In this document: piece after piece, positions 23,555-35,495 of the stretch
Position numbering within the stretch: position 1 is the stretch's first letter
How the letters are laid out: each line of letters begins with the position of its first letter
Source: Octopus sinensis
Lineage: Eukaryota
Direction: 5' to 3'
DNA: 64,000 nucleotides
Assembly (NCBI RefSeq): GCF_006345805.1
Contig: NC_043012.1
Location: 21,700,001-21,764,000, forward strand
Program-made: the position numbers and the translations under genes
Notes under the pieces: generated by a model
Told to the model about the DNA's origin: nothing
Database searches by the model: none
Seen by the model: the letters and a program-made list of their open reading frames with translations, nothing else

Positions 23555-24377
23555 GCAGTTGAGGGAACCCGTGGAAGAGGTAGACCCAGGAAAACCTGGG
23601 ACGAGGTGGTGAAGCACGACCTTCGAACTTTAGGCCTCACTGAGGAAATGACCAGAGACCGAGACCTTTGGAAATATTCTGTACGTGAGAAGACCAGGCA
23701 GGACAAGTGAGCCCAGCCCACTTAGGAATGCCTTTCCTCCCTTGGACACAAAGACCGGTTGAGGCAAGCGAAGTCGATATAGAACCTCATCCGACGACAG
23801 ACACCCATGCCAACCCCCCATGCTTGCGAAGACATCTTGGTGCAAGCGAAATCGAAATCGAAATCGAAACCGAATTGAACCAGCCAGGATCCCTGGCCTG
23901 GTGGTACGTAAAAAGCACTATCCGACTCGTGGCCGTGGCACGTAAAATACTCCAATGCGACCGTACGACAGGCACCCATGCCAACCCCTTTGCTTGTGAA
24001 GACATGTTGGGGCAAGCGAAATCGAAATCGAATTGAACCAGCCAGGATCCCTGGTCTGGTGGTACGTAAAAAGCACTATCCGACTCGTGGCCGATGCCAG
24101 CACCGCCTCGACTGGCTTCCGTGCCGGTGGCACATAAAATACACCAATCTGACCGTGGCCGTTGCCAGCCCCGCCTGGCACCTGTGCAGGTGGCACGTAA
24201 AAAAGCACCCACTACACTCACGGAGTGGTTGGCGTTAGGGAGGCATCCAGCTGTAGAAACATTGCCAAATTAGACTGGAGCCTGGTGCAGCCTTCTGGCT
24301 TCCCAGAACCCCGGTCGAACCGTCCAACCCATGCTAGCATGGAGAACGGACGTTAAACGACGATATGATGATGATGA
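23555..24377 (+). mobile_element. RTE-clade LINE 3' end (ORF2 C-terminus, repetitive 3' UTR, (GAT)n tail)
   Basis: [39 protein letters not shown] is the typical RTE C-terminal GRPRKTW...W motif; it ends ggacgttaaacga(tga)n. Confidence 0.9.
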
Positions 24378-24534
24378 CATATATATATACATATATATAT
24401 ATACATATACAATATATATACATACATATTATATACATATATATAATATATATACATATATATAATATATACATATACATATATATAACATATATATATA
24501 TACATATATAATATATACATACATATAATATACA

Positions 24535-24566
<32 letters not shown>

Positions 24567-24944
24567 CACATATATATATATCATATATATATATATATAT
24601 AATATATATACATATATATATATATAACATATATATACACAAATATATACATATACAAATATATATATATATACATACAACATATATATATATATACAAA
24701 TATATATATATATATACAAATATATATATATATAACAAATATATATATATATATACAAATATATATATATATACACAATATATATATATATACAAATTAT
24801 ATATATATATATACAAATATATATATATACAAATATAATATATATATATACAAATATATATATATATACAAATATATATATATATACAATATATATATAT
24901 ATATACAAATATATATATATATATACACAAATATATATATATAT

Positions 24945-25000
<56 letters not shown>
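24378..25000. repeat. (TA)n array with higher-order tatatatacaaa units
   Basis: Directly visible. Confidence 0.95.
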
Positions 25001-25582
25001 GTGTCGTGTTATCATGTGTGTGTGAGAGAGAAAGAGAGATACGCACTTTGCCTACTTAATCCTTGGATTAAAAGATAAATAAACAGATAAATAAACAGTT
25101 GTATTTATTTGTACAAGTTTCTTTGTAGGTTTTGGTTTTTCGTTTGAACTATTTATGCTTTATAATTTTCATATACTTTCCTCTCATTATTTTCCTTTTG
25201 TTATGTAATAAATAGGGGGTGTTCTGCCATACACTGTGATTTTACACTTGCAGGGATGCATAGGGATCAGCATGTAATTAATATAGGGGGGGGGCACATT
25301 AAGAAGCAGCAGAGATGAGATAACAAGATGACGACAGTAATTAAAAATAATAATAATAATAATTGAAACATTCAACCTAATCCCATGCCGCCACCAGCAA
25401 CAGCAATTTTGTTGAAGCTGCTACTACATTGACCTGAATACGTCCATTATGTTTAATACGTAGGTGTGTGTGTGTGTGTGTGTTTACTTGGACACAACAG
25501 GGTGTTTGTTTTGTACGTGTTTTGTTTAAGTGATTGATTAGTTTCAAACAGCTTTTCTCCTCTCTTCCACTTCACAGTTTTA

Positions 25583-25989
25583 GGCAATCTTTCGTCTCTA
25601 GTAGACCTTTCCGTCGATTTCCGTAAAATTTTTTTTTTTTTTTTTTACATATGGGCTTGCGGGAACTTTTGAAGTAATGAGAGCGAAAGAGACTAAGAGA
25701 AAGCGATTGTATGACGAGGGAAGTTTTTTTGAAGTTACCGTGCATGGGAAGCATTAATGTACATGTGTGTGTGTGAGACAGAAAGTATGTTGTGTAAGTG
25801 AAGTGCTTCTGTTAGTGTGTGTGAAGAGACAGAGTAATGTGTGAAAGAAAGAGATAACTGAAATTTTTTACTCGGTGTATGTGTATATGTATGTATATTA
25901 CTTCAAAAGTTCCCGCAAGCCCATATGTAAAAAAAAAAAAAAATTTTACGGAAATCGACGGAAAGGTCTACTAGAGACGAAAGATCGCC
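25583..25989. mobile_element. MITE with ~95-bp TIRs, copy 1
   Basis: GGCAATCTTTCGTCTCTAGTAGACCTTTCCGTCGATTTCCGTAAAA(T)nACATATGGGCTTGCGGGAACTTTTGAAGTAAT is mirrored at the right end ...GGTCTACTAGAGACGAAAGATCGCC. Confidence 0.9.
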
Positions 25990-26772
25990 AAAAAAAAAAC
26001 TTTCTAAAGTTTATGTGTTACTTTGAACTGCAAGGAATTAAAAAAAGTATGTCAATGAACTTTCGTTGTGTACGGTACAAGACCAAATTCTACCATCTCC
26101 ACATTTTTACTGATTGGCGGGGAAGCATTAAATAACATTGACTATTATACTGTATATTTTAATGGCACTAAGCATTAATAAAGAAGATAGTAAATTAGGT
26201 TCTACGATCCATTCCTCTATGCGTATGTATGCAATTAATTAAACAATACTCGTTCGCCTGCTGTATATAAATTTTCAACTGCCATAAATTTACAAGCTGA
26301 CACCAAATTTGATCCCAAGGAATGCGTGTGTTAGTGTATATATATACACCACAACAGACATAGGTGCCTTGGAGAAGAAAAGCGAGTGTATGCAGAATGA
26401 AAGGTAAAATAACATCATCTAAGAATTGATTAGTAATTATCAAATAATAATTAAAGGGTGAGTGTGTGTGTGTATGGAGGCCGGTAGACTTTTATTATCT
26501 GCGGCTTCCTCTCCGCAGTTGAAGAAAGCCTTTGAAATGATTTCCAGAGGATAATATCAGTATGTAAAAAATGGACTATATATATTATATGAAGATATTG
26601 ATATATAATTGTGTGTGTATATATATTGTGGTGGATCAGCAACTTTTGAAGAATCTAACGATAGTCCGCGTTGGTAAATATAGGTACAAGAAGTCCGTGA
26701 AGTGGAATAAATTATTTGCTTTGAGGCTTTAGCGTTTAGGGCAACATCACTGTATATCTATCTATCTATCTA

Positions 26773-26812
<40 letters not shown>

Positions 26813-27507
26813 TAGTTGACACCTCACCTTCAATATATGTTCTGTCTGAAAAAGAAACAATGTTTCTCTCTCTCTGTTCCATGAAGCCAAATTATAGTTA
26901 AATGGATTTCGGGAGAGGAAATTATCAGACATTCTTGCCAAGATGTGGAATAAGTGACTCCAAGGACCCCCAATCTTCAGAAATGCGACTAGTGATAGCA
27001 TCTACCTGGTGGTCGCTCGGCCTGCTAAAAATAGCAGCCACATTACTCTCAAATCACGTGCTATCGTCTTTAAAAAAAAAAAGGTAAGACATATATTTGA
27101 GTGGATAATATTGTCTAAAAAGATGAGATAGTCATGGCCCACTATACGTTTAATAATAGGTCCGATCGAACAGGGCTGGCATGGAGCTAAACTGCAGAAC
27201 AGAAGACAGACGCATACACGAAGATTTGAACTGATGTGTGTGTGACACACTTTGGAATGTTTGACTCAATTCCCCCGATTTTTTCTTTCGGTTTGTTTGA
27301 AAGAAAAACTACGTGACGTGTTTAACCCAGTTTATGTCGGTTGTCAACTTTCATCTAGAGATGCTCATTCAACCAATTTTTAGAATATCTTCTTACAATA
27401 ATAAATTACGATAAATACAAAAACTTAGATTTATAAGGGATTAGAGTATTTATGTGCTGAGGTTCTGGGTTTCTTTATCTTTCAAAGGCATTGAAAGAAG
27501 GTTTGAA

Positions 27508-27990
27508 GTGAAAATTCATCAAAGATATAGATAAGCCTTTTCCCCATAACAATGCTAGCCAAACGAAGTAACCCCTACTTGGCGATCTCTCACTCGATAT
27601 GCTAGAAATAGCAACCACATGCTTCCTCAAAACAAACGACTTTTGTTAAAAGTCTCAATGAGAATTAGGTGAAAATTCATCAAAGATATATATAAGCCTT
27701 TTCCCCCATAACAATGCTAGCCAAACGAAGTAACCCCTACTTGGCAATCACTTTCTTCACTCGATATGCTAGAAATAGCAACCACATTCTTCCTCAAAAC
27801 AAACGACTTTGGTTAAAAGTCTCAATAAGAATTAGGTGAAAATTCATCAAAGATATATATAAGCCTTTTCCCCATAACAATGCTAGCCAAACGGAGTAAC
27901 CCCTACTTTCTGCACTCGATATGCTAGAAATAGCAACCACATTCTTCCTCAAAACAAACGACTTTCGTTAAAAGTCTCAATAAGAATTAG
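27508..27990 (+). repeat. Tandem repeat, three units of ~155-167 bp
   Basis: Units start gtgaaaattcatcaaagatata at 27508, 27669 and 27836; each ends agaattag. Confidence 0.95.
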
Positions 27991-28290
27991 AACTAACCGG
28001 AAACTAAACAATCAGTACGTAATTTTGCGACAGTGTTCTGTCTGTTTAATCACCACCACCCAGTGCTTGTTCTATTCCCATAAATACTGTATGTTTATAA
28101 ACTAATCTGTTGGTATATATATAGTATATGCTGGTTGGGTTACTGCGTTGTTTTTTGTCAAGCGGGTTTGTGCATGTGTGTACGTATGTAGGTGTATGCA
28201 CGCGTGCCAGATTGTTAATTTTAATATGAAGGATTGAAAATAATAAAAAAAATGAAAAACTGATGTGTAGTTTTCGATATTGAAGTAGAG

Positions 28291-28714
28291 GGCAATCTTT
28301 CGTCTCTAGTAGACCTTTCCGTCGATTTCCGTAAAAAAATTTTTTTTTTTTTTACATATGGGCTTGCGGGAACTTTTGAAGTAATGAGAGCGAAAGAGAC
28401 TAAGAGAAAGCGATTGTATGACGAGGGAAGTTCTTTTGAAGTTACCGTGCATGGGAAGCATTGATGTACATGTGTGTGTGTGTGTGTTTGATGGGGTGTG
28501 GGAGACAGACAGTATGTTGTGTAAGTGAAGTGCTTCTGTTAGTGTGTGTGAAGAGACAGAGTAATGTGTGAAAGAGAGATAACTGAAATTTTTTACTCGG
28601 TGTATGTATATATGTATGTATATTACTTCAAAAATTCCCGCAAGCCCATATGTAAAAAAAAAAAAAAATTTTACGGAAATCGACGGAAAGGTCTACTAGA
28701 GACGAAAGATCGCC
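28291..28714. mobile_element. MITE with ~95-bp TIRs, copy 2
   Basis: Same TIRs and internal sequence as 25583-25989, same orientation. Confidence 0.9.
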
Positions 28715-29118
28715 CGATATTGAAATAGAGATATGTTATTGGCAGGAACATGAAATAGCGGTCTTTTTTTTTTTTTTTTTTTACACAATAATAAATTACG
28801 ATAGATCTTTATAGGAATAAGCCTCCATTCATCTTCGATAATATATATATAACCTGCATTAACAATATAGGCAAAAATCTAGGTACGTTTAGACAATAAC
28901 TGAATATTAAATACGTCGACTTCCATTGTTGGTTACGATTTTTTTTTTTAATTTAACGATAATCTGTTTTCTGGCGTAAACTGATTTTCGTCGGGGTTAC
29001 TCAAATTTCGTAAAATCACGAAGTGTATGTATGTATACGTGTGTATATATATATATATGTATGTATGTATATAAGATATATATGTATAGTCCTTATGGAA
29101 GTCGAAAAGTCATCTTAC

Positions 29119-29350
29119 GGAATATTTCTTCTCAATTTTGAAATTGAATGAACTGGAATGCCATTGCTTTGCTTTAAGATGTGGCAAAAGGAAAGATAAT
29201 GAAAACCTCCTGGCCGTAAATGAAATTTGCACGTTAGGGCTTGTTGGTTGGATGTTATCTCGCCAAGTTTCATAATATACTCCGATTTGTATTCCTCTCG
29301 CCTTTGATTGAATAATACCAGACAGACACGACTGTTTGTCACAACCCAAA
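29119..29350 (-). CDS. Candidate internal exon of an unidentified gene (232 bp)
   Basis: Strong acceptor (ttttgttccatatgccttttatttttaacag|) and donor (|gtaaga). Two frames are stop-free across the exon (LGCDKQSCLSGIIQ...KKYS and WVVTNSRVCLVLF...RRNI). No homology recognised. Confidence 0.5.
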
Positions 29351-30743
29351 CTGTTAAAAATAAAAGGCATATGGAACAAAAAAAAAAAGCAAGCTCAAGC
29401 AAATAAGGTGGAGAAGATTTACGAGACAAATTTAGTAGACGTATGTATTTTATGGGTGTAATTTGAAGCCCTAGCATTTATATATACTATATGTATTGTT
29501 GATGATGTCTGTTGTGTATTGTAGTGTAGTGGTGGTATGGTGTGTTGTCTAGTTGATGATTGGTGAAGGTTGTCAGGACAAGTCGTCGTAAACTTGGTTT
29601 TGCTGAAGCAAGCCCGCCTACAAAGGTGGTCACCAAGTAAAGGGAAGGATCTACGTTCGTCTCAGTCTTTTAAAAAGTTGTTACAAAAGCATAAGAGGAA
29701 ATACTGCTATTAGCAGCAGAGCAGACATTGGAAGGAGTTTTTAGATCGACAAAATTTAACCAAAAATGCTACAGCGGATTCTTGTTAATCATGCATCGTC
29801 TTCAACCCTTCGTTACCGTTTTTTTTTCTCCCCCACTGTGTCGTTTATTTTTAACCCATTCATTTTATTCGTATGCATGTCTGTTTCATTCATGATTTTT
29901 ATAGAAACAAACATTCTCGTTTGATCAGTTGTTACTACTGTCCGATATATTCCCCCAAACTTTCGCCCATCCTTTTTTCCGAAAGTAAATGTAGGGATGA
30001 TGAATGAAGTGTCAGTCTATTTTCAATTCTTATGTTCCCTCCTTCCCTGATATCACACTTTTATCATTTCGTTTCCTTTCAACAGTGTAGACGAATAAAT
30101 TATCATAACTCTCCCCTTCCAAATTACTAAAGTAAACAAATATGACGCACACGTATGTAATGAATACCATTTATTAATCACCAACGTCACAATTTTCCCG
30201 TTTTCTCCTCCCCCAAACGGTGAATGAAATAGTTAAATTTGGGTTTGATGAATAAATCTGCGACACTAAAATACATGTCATGTTTCATATAAAGTCATTA
30301 AGCAAATAATATTTTGAGCTGAATATTAGCTAACATTACATGTTGCTGTACACAATGGCAACAGTTTATATAATAGAATTACACATATGTGAAAGTAGAA
30401 TATCCTCTCTTTTCAATATCTAAAACCGATGAAACAAATTAAAACCAATTAAATCAGTAATTTATTGAATTTTCGCGTGACTTTTCCCCCTGGATTCTCT
30501 TAAGCATTTGTGGCTTCTTACCTAATCAGAAATCAACATCGTGATTATTAATTATTGCTGTTGCACATAGCTAGTGAAGAAGTTTGTGTTCACCAGACTA
30601 ACGCTAGCCCGATTTTAAAAGCAGTGGGTCCACCCTATCGGATGCCCCTGGTTCGGCCCTCCTACATCAGAATTCGTTCGTTTAATCTCAGTCTGTGGCC
30701 ATATTTTAGATAATACAGTCTGTTCGAGCGGCATTGGACTTAC

Positions 30744-30827
30744 ATAATAGCTACAGCAGCGGTCATGAATTGAATAAATAAAATCAGTCTTAAGCAAATC
30801 ATAAGTTACGACGCCAAATGTTTTCAT
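30744..30827 (-). other. Candidate exon (84 bp)
   Basis: Acceptor tttgtttttttacag|ATG and donor tat|gtaagt. Frame 0 reads MKTFGVVTYDLLKTDFIYSIHDRCCSYY. Confidence 0.45.
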
Positions 30828-30859
30828 CTGTAAAAAAACAAACAAACGAAAAACAGGTA

Positions 30860-31367
30860 CCGTAAATCCTCGAGTATAATCCGCATTTCCCCCCCAAAAA
30901 TTTAAAGGTCAAAATCCCTAGTGCGTACGAGCTTAAAAATGAAAATTATTTTCTAAGCAATGTCCGAGTCTCTATCTGCAGTCCGGCAATGTTTATTCAG
31001 AAGCATTTTGTGATGTCGAGCGCGAAAATACCTTAAGCTAAGTCTGAAAGCAATGAAATCATAAAAGAATCATCCATAACTTGCAGTAAGCAACATTTAC
31101 TAAATGTTATTACTGTTATTTCTTTATTTTCTGCAAACAAAATGCACAAAAAAGCTACACGTTTTGCATTATGTTATATGTACAATAATAATAAAGGACG
31201 TTACCGCATACATTTTTACAAACCAAGGACATTATATAGACCTCCTTGACTCAAGTTAGAGAAGGGGTGCGTATTATACACAAGGTTTAGGTTTTTCAGA
31301 GGTACAGCCCCCTAAAAATCCTCTTCGTATTTATACTCAAAGGCGGACTATACTCGAGGATTTACGG
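30860..31367. mobile_element. Tc1/mariner-superfamily (Tc2-like) non-autonomous element
   Basis: TIRs CCGTAAATCCTCGAGTATAATCCGC / GCGGACTATACTCGAGGATTTACGG with a TA on each side (30858-59, 31368-69). Confidence 0.85.
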
Positions 31368-31668
31368 TAAATCTGTCTATAAATAACTTCTTGGCGGAGT
31401 GGTTAGGTCTGCTACAGCTGTAGGATTAATTAAATTAATGTTTTACAATATTTGGTTTTCGTTCTCTTGCATTCAAATCCCTCTAGAGTAAAATTTCCTT
31501 TTTCTACTCCTTTGGAGGCAGATTTCACCCTCTGGACCTGCCTCCAGAAGTTCAAATCATGTACACCGAAGTACGTATAACCCTGTAAGATTCATCTTTA
31601 AAAATTGTGACATTGTACCAAGGTGAAATCTTACTATTGTTATATCTATTATTATTATTATTATTTAA

Positions 31669-32249
31669 GGCGGCGAGCTGGCAGAAACGTTAGCACGCCG
31701 GGCAAAATGCTTAGCCGTATTTTGTCTGCCGTTACGTTCTGAGTTCAAATTCCGCCGCGATCGACTTTGCCTTTCATCCTTTCGGGGTCAATTAAATAAG
31801 TACCAGTTACGCAACTGGGGTCGATATAATCGACTTAATCCGTTTGTCTGTCCTTGTTTGTCCTCTCTGTGTTTAGCCCCTTGTGGGTAATAAAGAAATA
31901 GGTATTTCGTCTGCTGCTACGTTCTGAGTTCAAATTCTGCCGAGGTCGACTTTGCCTTTCATCCTTTTGGGATTGATTAAATAAGTACCAGTACGCACTG
32001 GGGTCGATATAATCGACTTAATCTGTTTGTCCTCTCTGTGTTTAGCCCCTTGTGGGTAGTAAAGAAATAGGTATTTCGTCTGCCGCTACGTTCTGAGTTC
32101 AAATTCCGCTGAGGTCGACTTTGCCTTTCATCCTTTTGGGGTCGATAAATTAAGTACCAGTTACGCACTGAGGTTGATGTAATCAACTAATCCCCTCCCT
32201 GCAAATTTCAGGCCTTGTGCTTTTTATTAGAAAGGATTATTATTATTAT
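31669..32249 (+). mobile_element. SINE family B head-to-tail trimer
   Basis: One full head, then units restarting at gtatttcgtctgc (31902, 32071). Confidence 0.9.
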
Positions 32250-32253
32250 TTAA

Positions 32254-32474
32254 GGTGGCGAGCTGGCAAAGTCATTTGTGCACTATACGACATGCTTAGC
32301 GGTATTTTACTCGTAACTGCGTTCTGAGTTCAAGTTCTGCCAAGGTCGGCTTTGCCTTTCATCCTTTCGGGGTCGATAAATTAAGTGCCATTGAAACACC
32401 AGGGTCAATATAATTGACTAGTCCCCTCCCCCTAAAATTTCAGGCCTTCTGCCTATAATAAAGGATTATTATTA
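32254..32474 (+). mobile_element. SINE family B, alternative-tail subfamily
   Basis: ggtggcgagctggc head, Meta-like body, tail cccctccccctaaaatttcaggcctt...aaggattattatt. Confidence 0.8.
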
Positions 32475-32477
32475 TTG

Positions 32478-32570
32478 TCTTCCAAGCTAGAGGAATTTAA
32501 GACTGGCTGCCCTTGGGAGCTCCTATACGCTAATGACCTTGTTCTTATCGCTGAATCACTACCAAAAATG
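32478..32570 (+). mobile_element. RTE RT micro-fragment
   Basis: LEEFKTGCPWELLYANDLVLIAESLP (LYADD motif). Confidence 0.7.
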
Positions 32571-33130
32571 GTTTACTTTCAACATTTTTGACAAAATTTC
32601 GTATCTTAGAAGTTATTTCTGTTAAAGTTGTCGTATTTGGGTAATTTTAACCAATCAGCAATGTGTATTCAGCTAAAGAAACCTACTGCTGTTTGCGATA
32701 GTAATCGAAGAGCAACATATATAACCAGGACTGTAGAGAAAGGTCCATGGTTACCTGGTCAGAGAGAGAGAGAGAGAGAATCAAGAATGTGGATAGAATC
32801 AGGCCTGTCGATGTAGAGGTGATACATGGTTACCCAGCTAGAAGGAAGCACAAGAGAAGGAGAGAGAGAGAATAGGAGAGATGGTGGCGAAGTGCCGGAG
32901 CATACTCACAAGGAATGGGGATCAGAATATAAACGGGATGGTAGAGTAGAACAAGAGAGAGAGAGAGAGAGGAGGGCAAAGTGCCTGGGCATACCCTCAA
33001 GGTACAGGGGCCATAATATAAATGGCAAGGGATTACAGAGGAGTATTAGTAGGGAGTAGAGACTTCATATGAATACAAAGAGTGTGGTGTGGGGAATGCA
33101 GTGACTGGTGAAACCTGAGTATAGGTGTAA

Positions 33131-33493
33131 GAGTGACTGTGTGGTAATAGCTTGCTTACCAACCACATGGTTCCGGGTTCAATCCCACTGTGTGACATCT
33201 TGGGCAAGTGTCTTCTACTATAGCCACGGGCCAAACAAAGCCTTGTGAGTGGATTTGGTAGACAGAAACTGGAATAAGCCCGTTGTATATATATGTGTGT
33301 GTGTCTGTCCCCCCAACATTGCTTGACAACCGATGCTGGTGTGTTTGCGTCCCTGTAACATTAGTGGTTTAGCAAAAGAGACCAATAGAATAAGTACTAG
33401 GCTTACAAAGAATAAGTCCTGGGATTGATTTGCTCAACTAAAGGCGGTGCTCCAGCATGGCCGTAGTCAAAAGACTGAAACTTGTAAAAGAGT
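33131..33493 (+). mobile_element. SINE family A, full length, moderately diverged
   Basis: Head, core (tgtgtgacatcttgggcaagtgtc) and tail all present. Confidence 0.88.
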
Positions 33494-34190
33494 AGTATTT
33501 GAAGTTTCAAATTGATTAGTTAAAAAAAAAATAATAAAAAATCTGTGAGCCAAACTGAAGACCTCTGAATTTTCTCCTGTGATTATTTCCACAGTGGAAA
33601 GTCTTCCCATGTCTGAGTGTGTAAACTATGATCTTGCATGAATAAATAAATAAGACCTTGCTTCACCCGAGTGTAGACGGCATTTTCTGTGGCTCCTTCG
33701 CTGTTCTCAAAAATAGCGTTCGTAATATTTTATCTCGTTCAGCTTAACAGCCCTTCTCGTCTGTGTTACTGTTATTCTCCTTGTCCTGTCTTTTACTGTT
33801 TATATTTTGTACTGTCATTACTGTCCTGTTTTTGTTACCATTTTTACCCCTCCACAAAAAAATCTCAAATTTTATTTAATTTGCTTTTCGTGGGAAGGAA
33901 AGTTTCAGTCGAAGTTGTGTCTCGCCTTCACCTTCGAAACGCAGAGTAGATGAAACCATGGCGACTGAAGAAGGGGAATTTTCCTTGTGTTATTTGTCTT
34001 GTACTCTCTTTTTTTTCGCTGTTTAAAAAAAAATGTCCAGTTCCTTGGTTTTGTGTTTGGGTTTTCGTTTCTGATTGTGTTTGACGTTTTTTTGGTGTCC
34101 TGTACCCATATATGCATGTATATATACATGTAGATGTAGGTACGTACATATATGTATGTATATATGCATATGTTTTATTTATCAATTTGT

Positions 34191-34237
<47 letters not shown>

Positions 34238-34255
34238 TGACTGAACAAACAGTTC

Positions 34256-34870
34256 TAAAATGTGTTTACTCCTCCTCTGGGACACAGGCAAGTGAACAAG
34301 GCAGCAGAATTCATTGCCACCCTAACTGTAACCAAAGAGGCAAAAATTGATTGCATCACCATTAAAGAAGATATAACACTGGCCATAGGTGAGGTAGACA
34401 CAAATTCAGCTGCTGGCCTTGATGGATCCCCCAACAATCCTTCTCAGATTGTGCAAATGAGCCCTTGCAAGTAGTAAGCCTCCAGGTAAATTGAAGGAAA
34501 GAATAATATGCCCTATCCACAAAAGAACAAGCAGAACAGATGCTAAAAATTATAGGCCTATCTGTCTGACCTTGCACATCAGCAAAGTCATAGAATAGTC
34601 TGAAAAGTCATGAATAGTCTGCAAGAAACTAATCGCATTCCTTGAAGAGAATGACTTGCTAACTGACACCCAGCATGGTTTTCGACCAGGTAGAAACTGC
34701 CTGATACAACTCTTACAACATTACGAGTGGGTGTTAAAGCTGCTATTAAACAACTCCAGTGAGGATGTGATATATCTCTACTTAGCAAAAGCCTTTGTTA
34801 AAGTTGACCAAGGTATGATATGTCACAAACTGTGTAATCTCGGCATAGTTGGAAAGCTTGGAGAGTGGCT
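34256..34870 (+). mobile_element. CR1/L2-group LINE fragment (RT N-terminal part)
   Basis: NYRP..LT.HISKV and NDLLTDTQHGFRPGRNCLIQLLQHY...DVIYL.LAKAF.KVD.G; homologous to 38343-40415. Confidence 0.85.
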
Positions 34871-34909
34871 ATACAAATACATGTGTATACATAGATATAT
34901 ATATATACA

Positions 34910-35196
34910 CATCGTTCATCATCATTGTTTAATGGCTGTTTTTCGTGCTAGCATGGGTTGGACTGTTCAACTGGGATCTGGGAAGCCAGGAGGCTGCACC
35001 AGGCTCCAGTCTAATCTGGCAGTGTTTCTACAGCTGGATGCCCTTCCTAATGCCAACAACTCTGAGTGTAGTGGGTGTTTTTTACATGCCACTGCACAAG
35101 GGCCAGAGGAGGCTGGCAACAGCCACAAACGGTGCTTTTTATGTGCCACCAGCACAGGAATCACAACTACAATTTCCATTTGATGTTCATTTTGAT
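34910..35196 (-). mobile_element. RTE 3' terminal fragment
   Basis: gcatgggttggac...ctacagctggatgcccttcctaatgccaac, shared with the other RTE ends. Confidence 0.8.
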
Positions 35197-35207
35197 GTAT
35201 GTATATA

Positions 35208-35267
<60 letters not shown>

Positions 35268-35495
35268 GTATATATATATTATTTATACATATATAGATTA
35301 TACATATATAGATTTACATATATAGATTTATACATATAGATTTATATATATATATAGATATATATATATATATATAATGTATATATATATTATTTATACA
35401 TATATAGATTTATACATATAGATTTACATATATAGATTTATACATATATAGATTTATATATATATACATACATATATAGATATATATATAGCCAT

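Noticed and set aside
25374-25414. Minus-strand KIAVAGGGMGLG Rossmann-like motif
   Set aside because: The GxGxxG spacing is off, a stop follows immediately and there is no donor site.
27508-27990. CRISPR-like appearance of regular repeats (also 54610-54800 and 31669-32249)
   Set aside because: Units are 60-230 bp, contiguous, without unique spacers; eukaryotic context and no cas genes.
33900-33975. ccATGG palindrome giving Kozak-like starts on both strands (MATEEGEF / MVSSTLRFEG)
   Set aside because: Both ORFs end within 30-45 codons with no convincing splice donor or homology.
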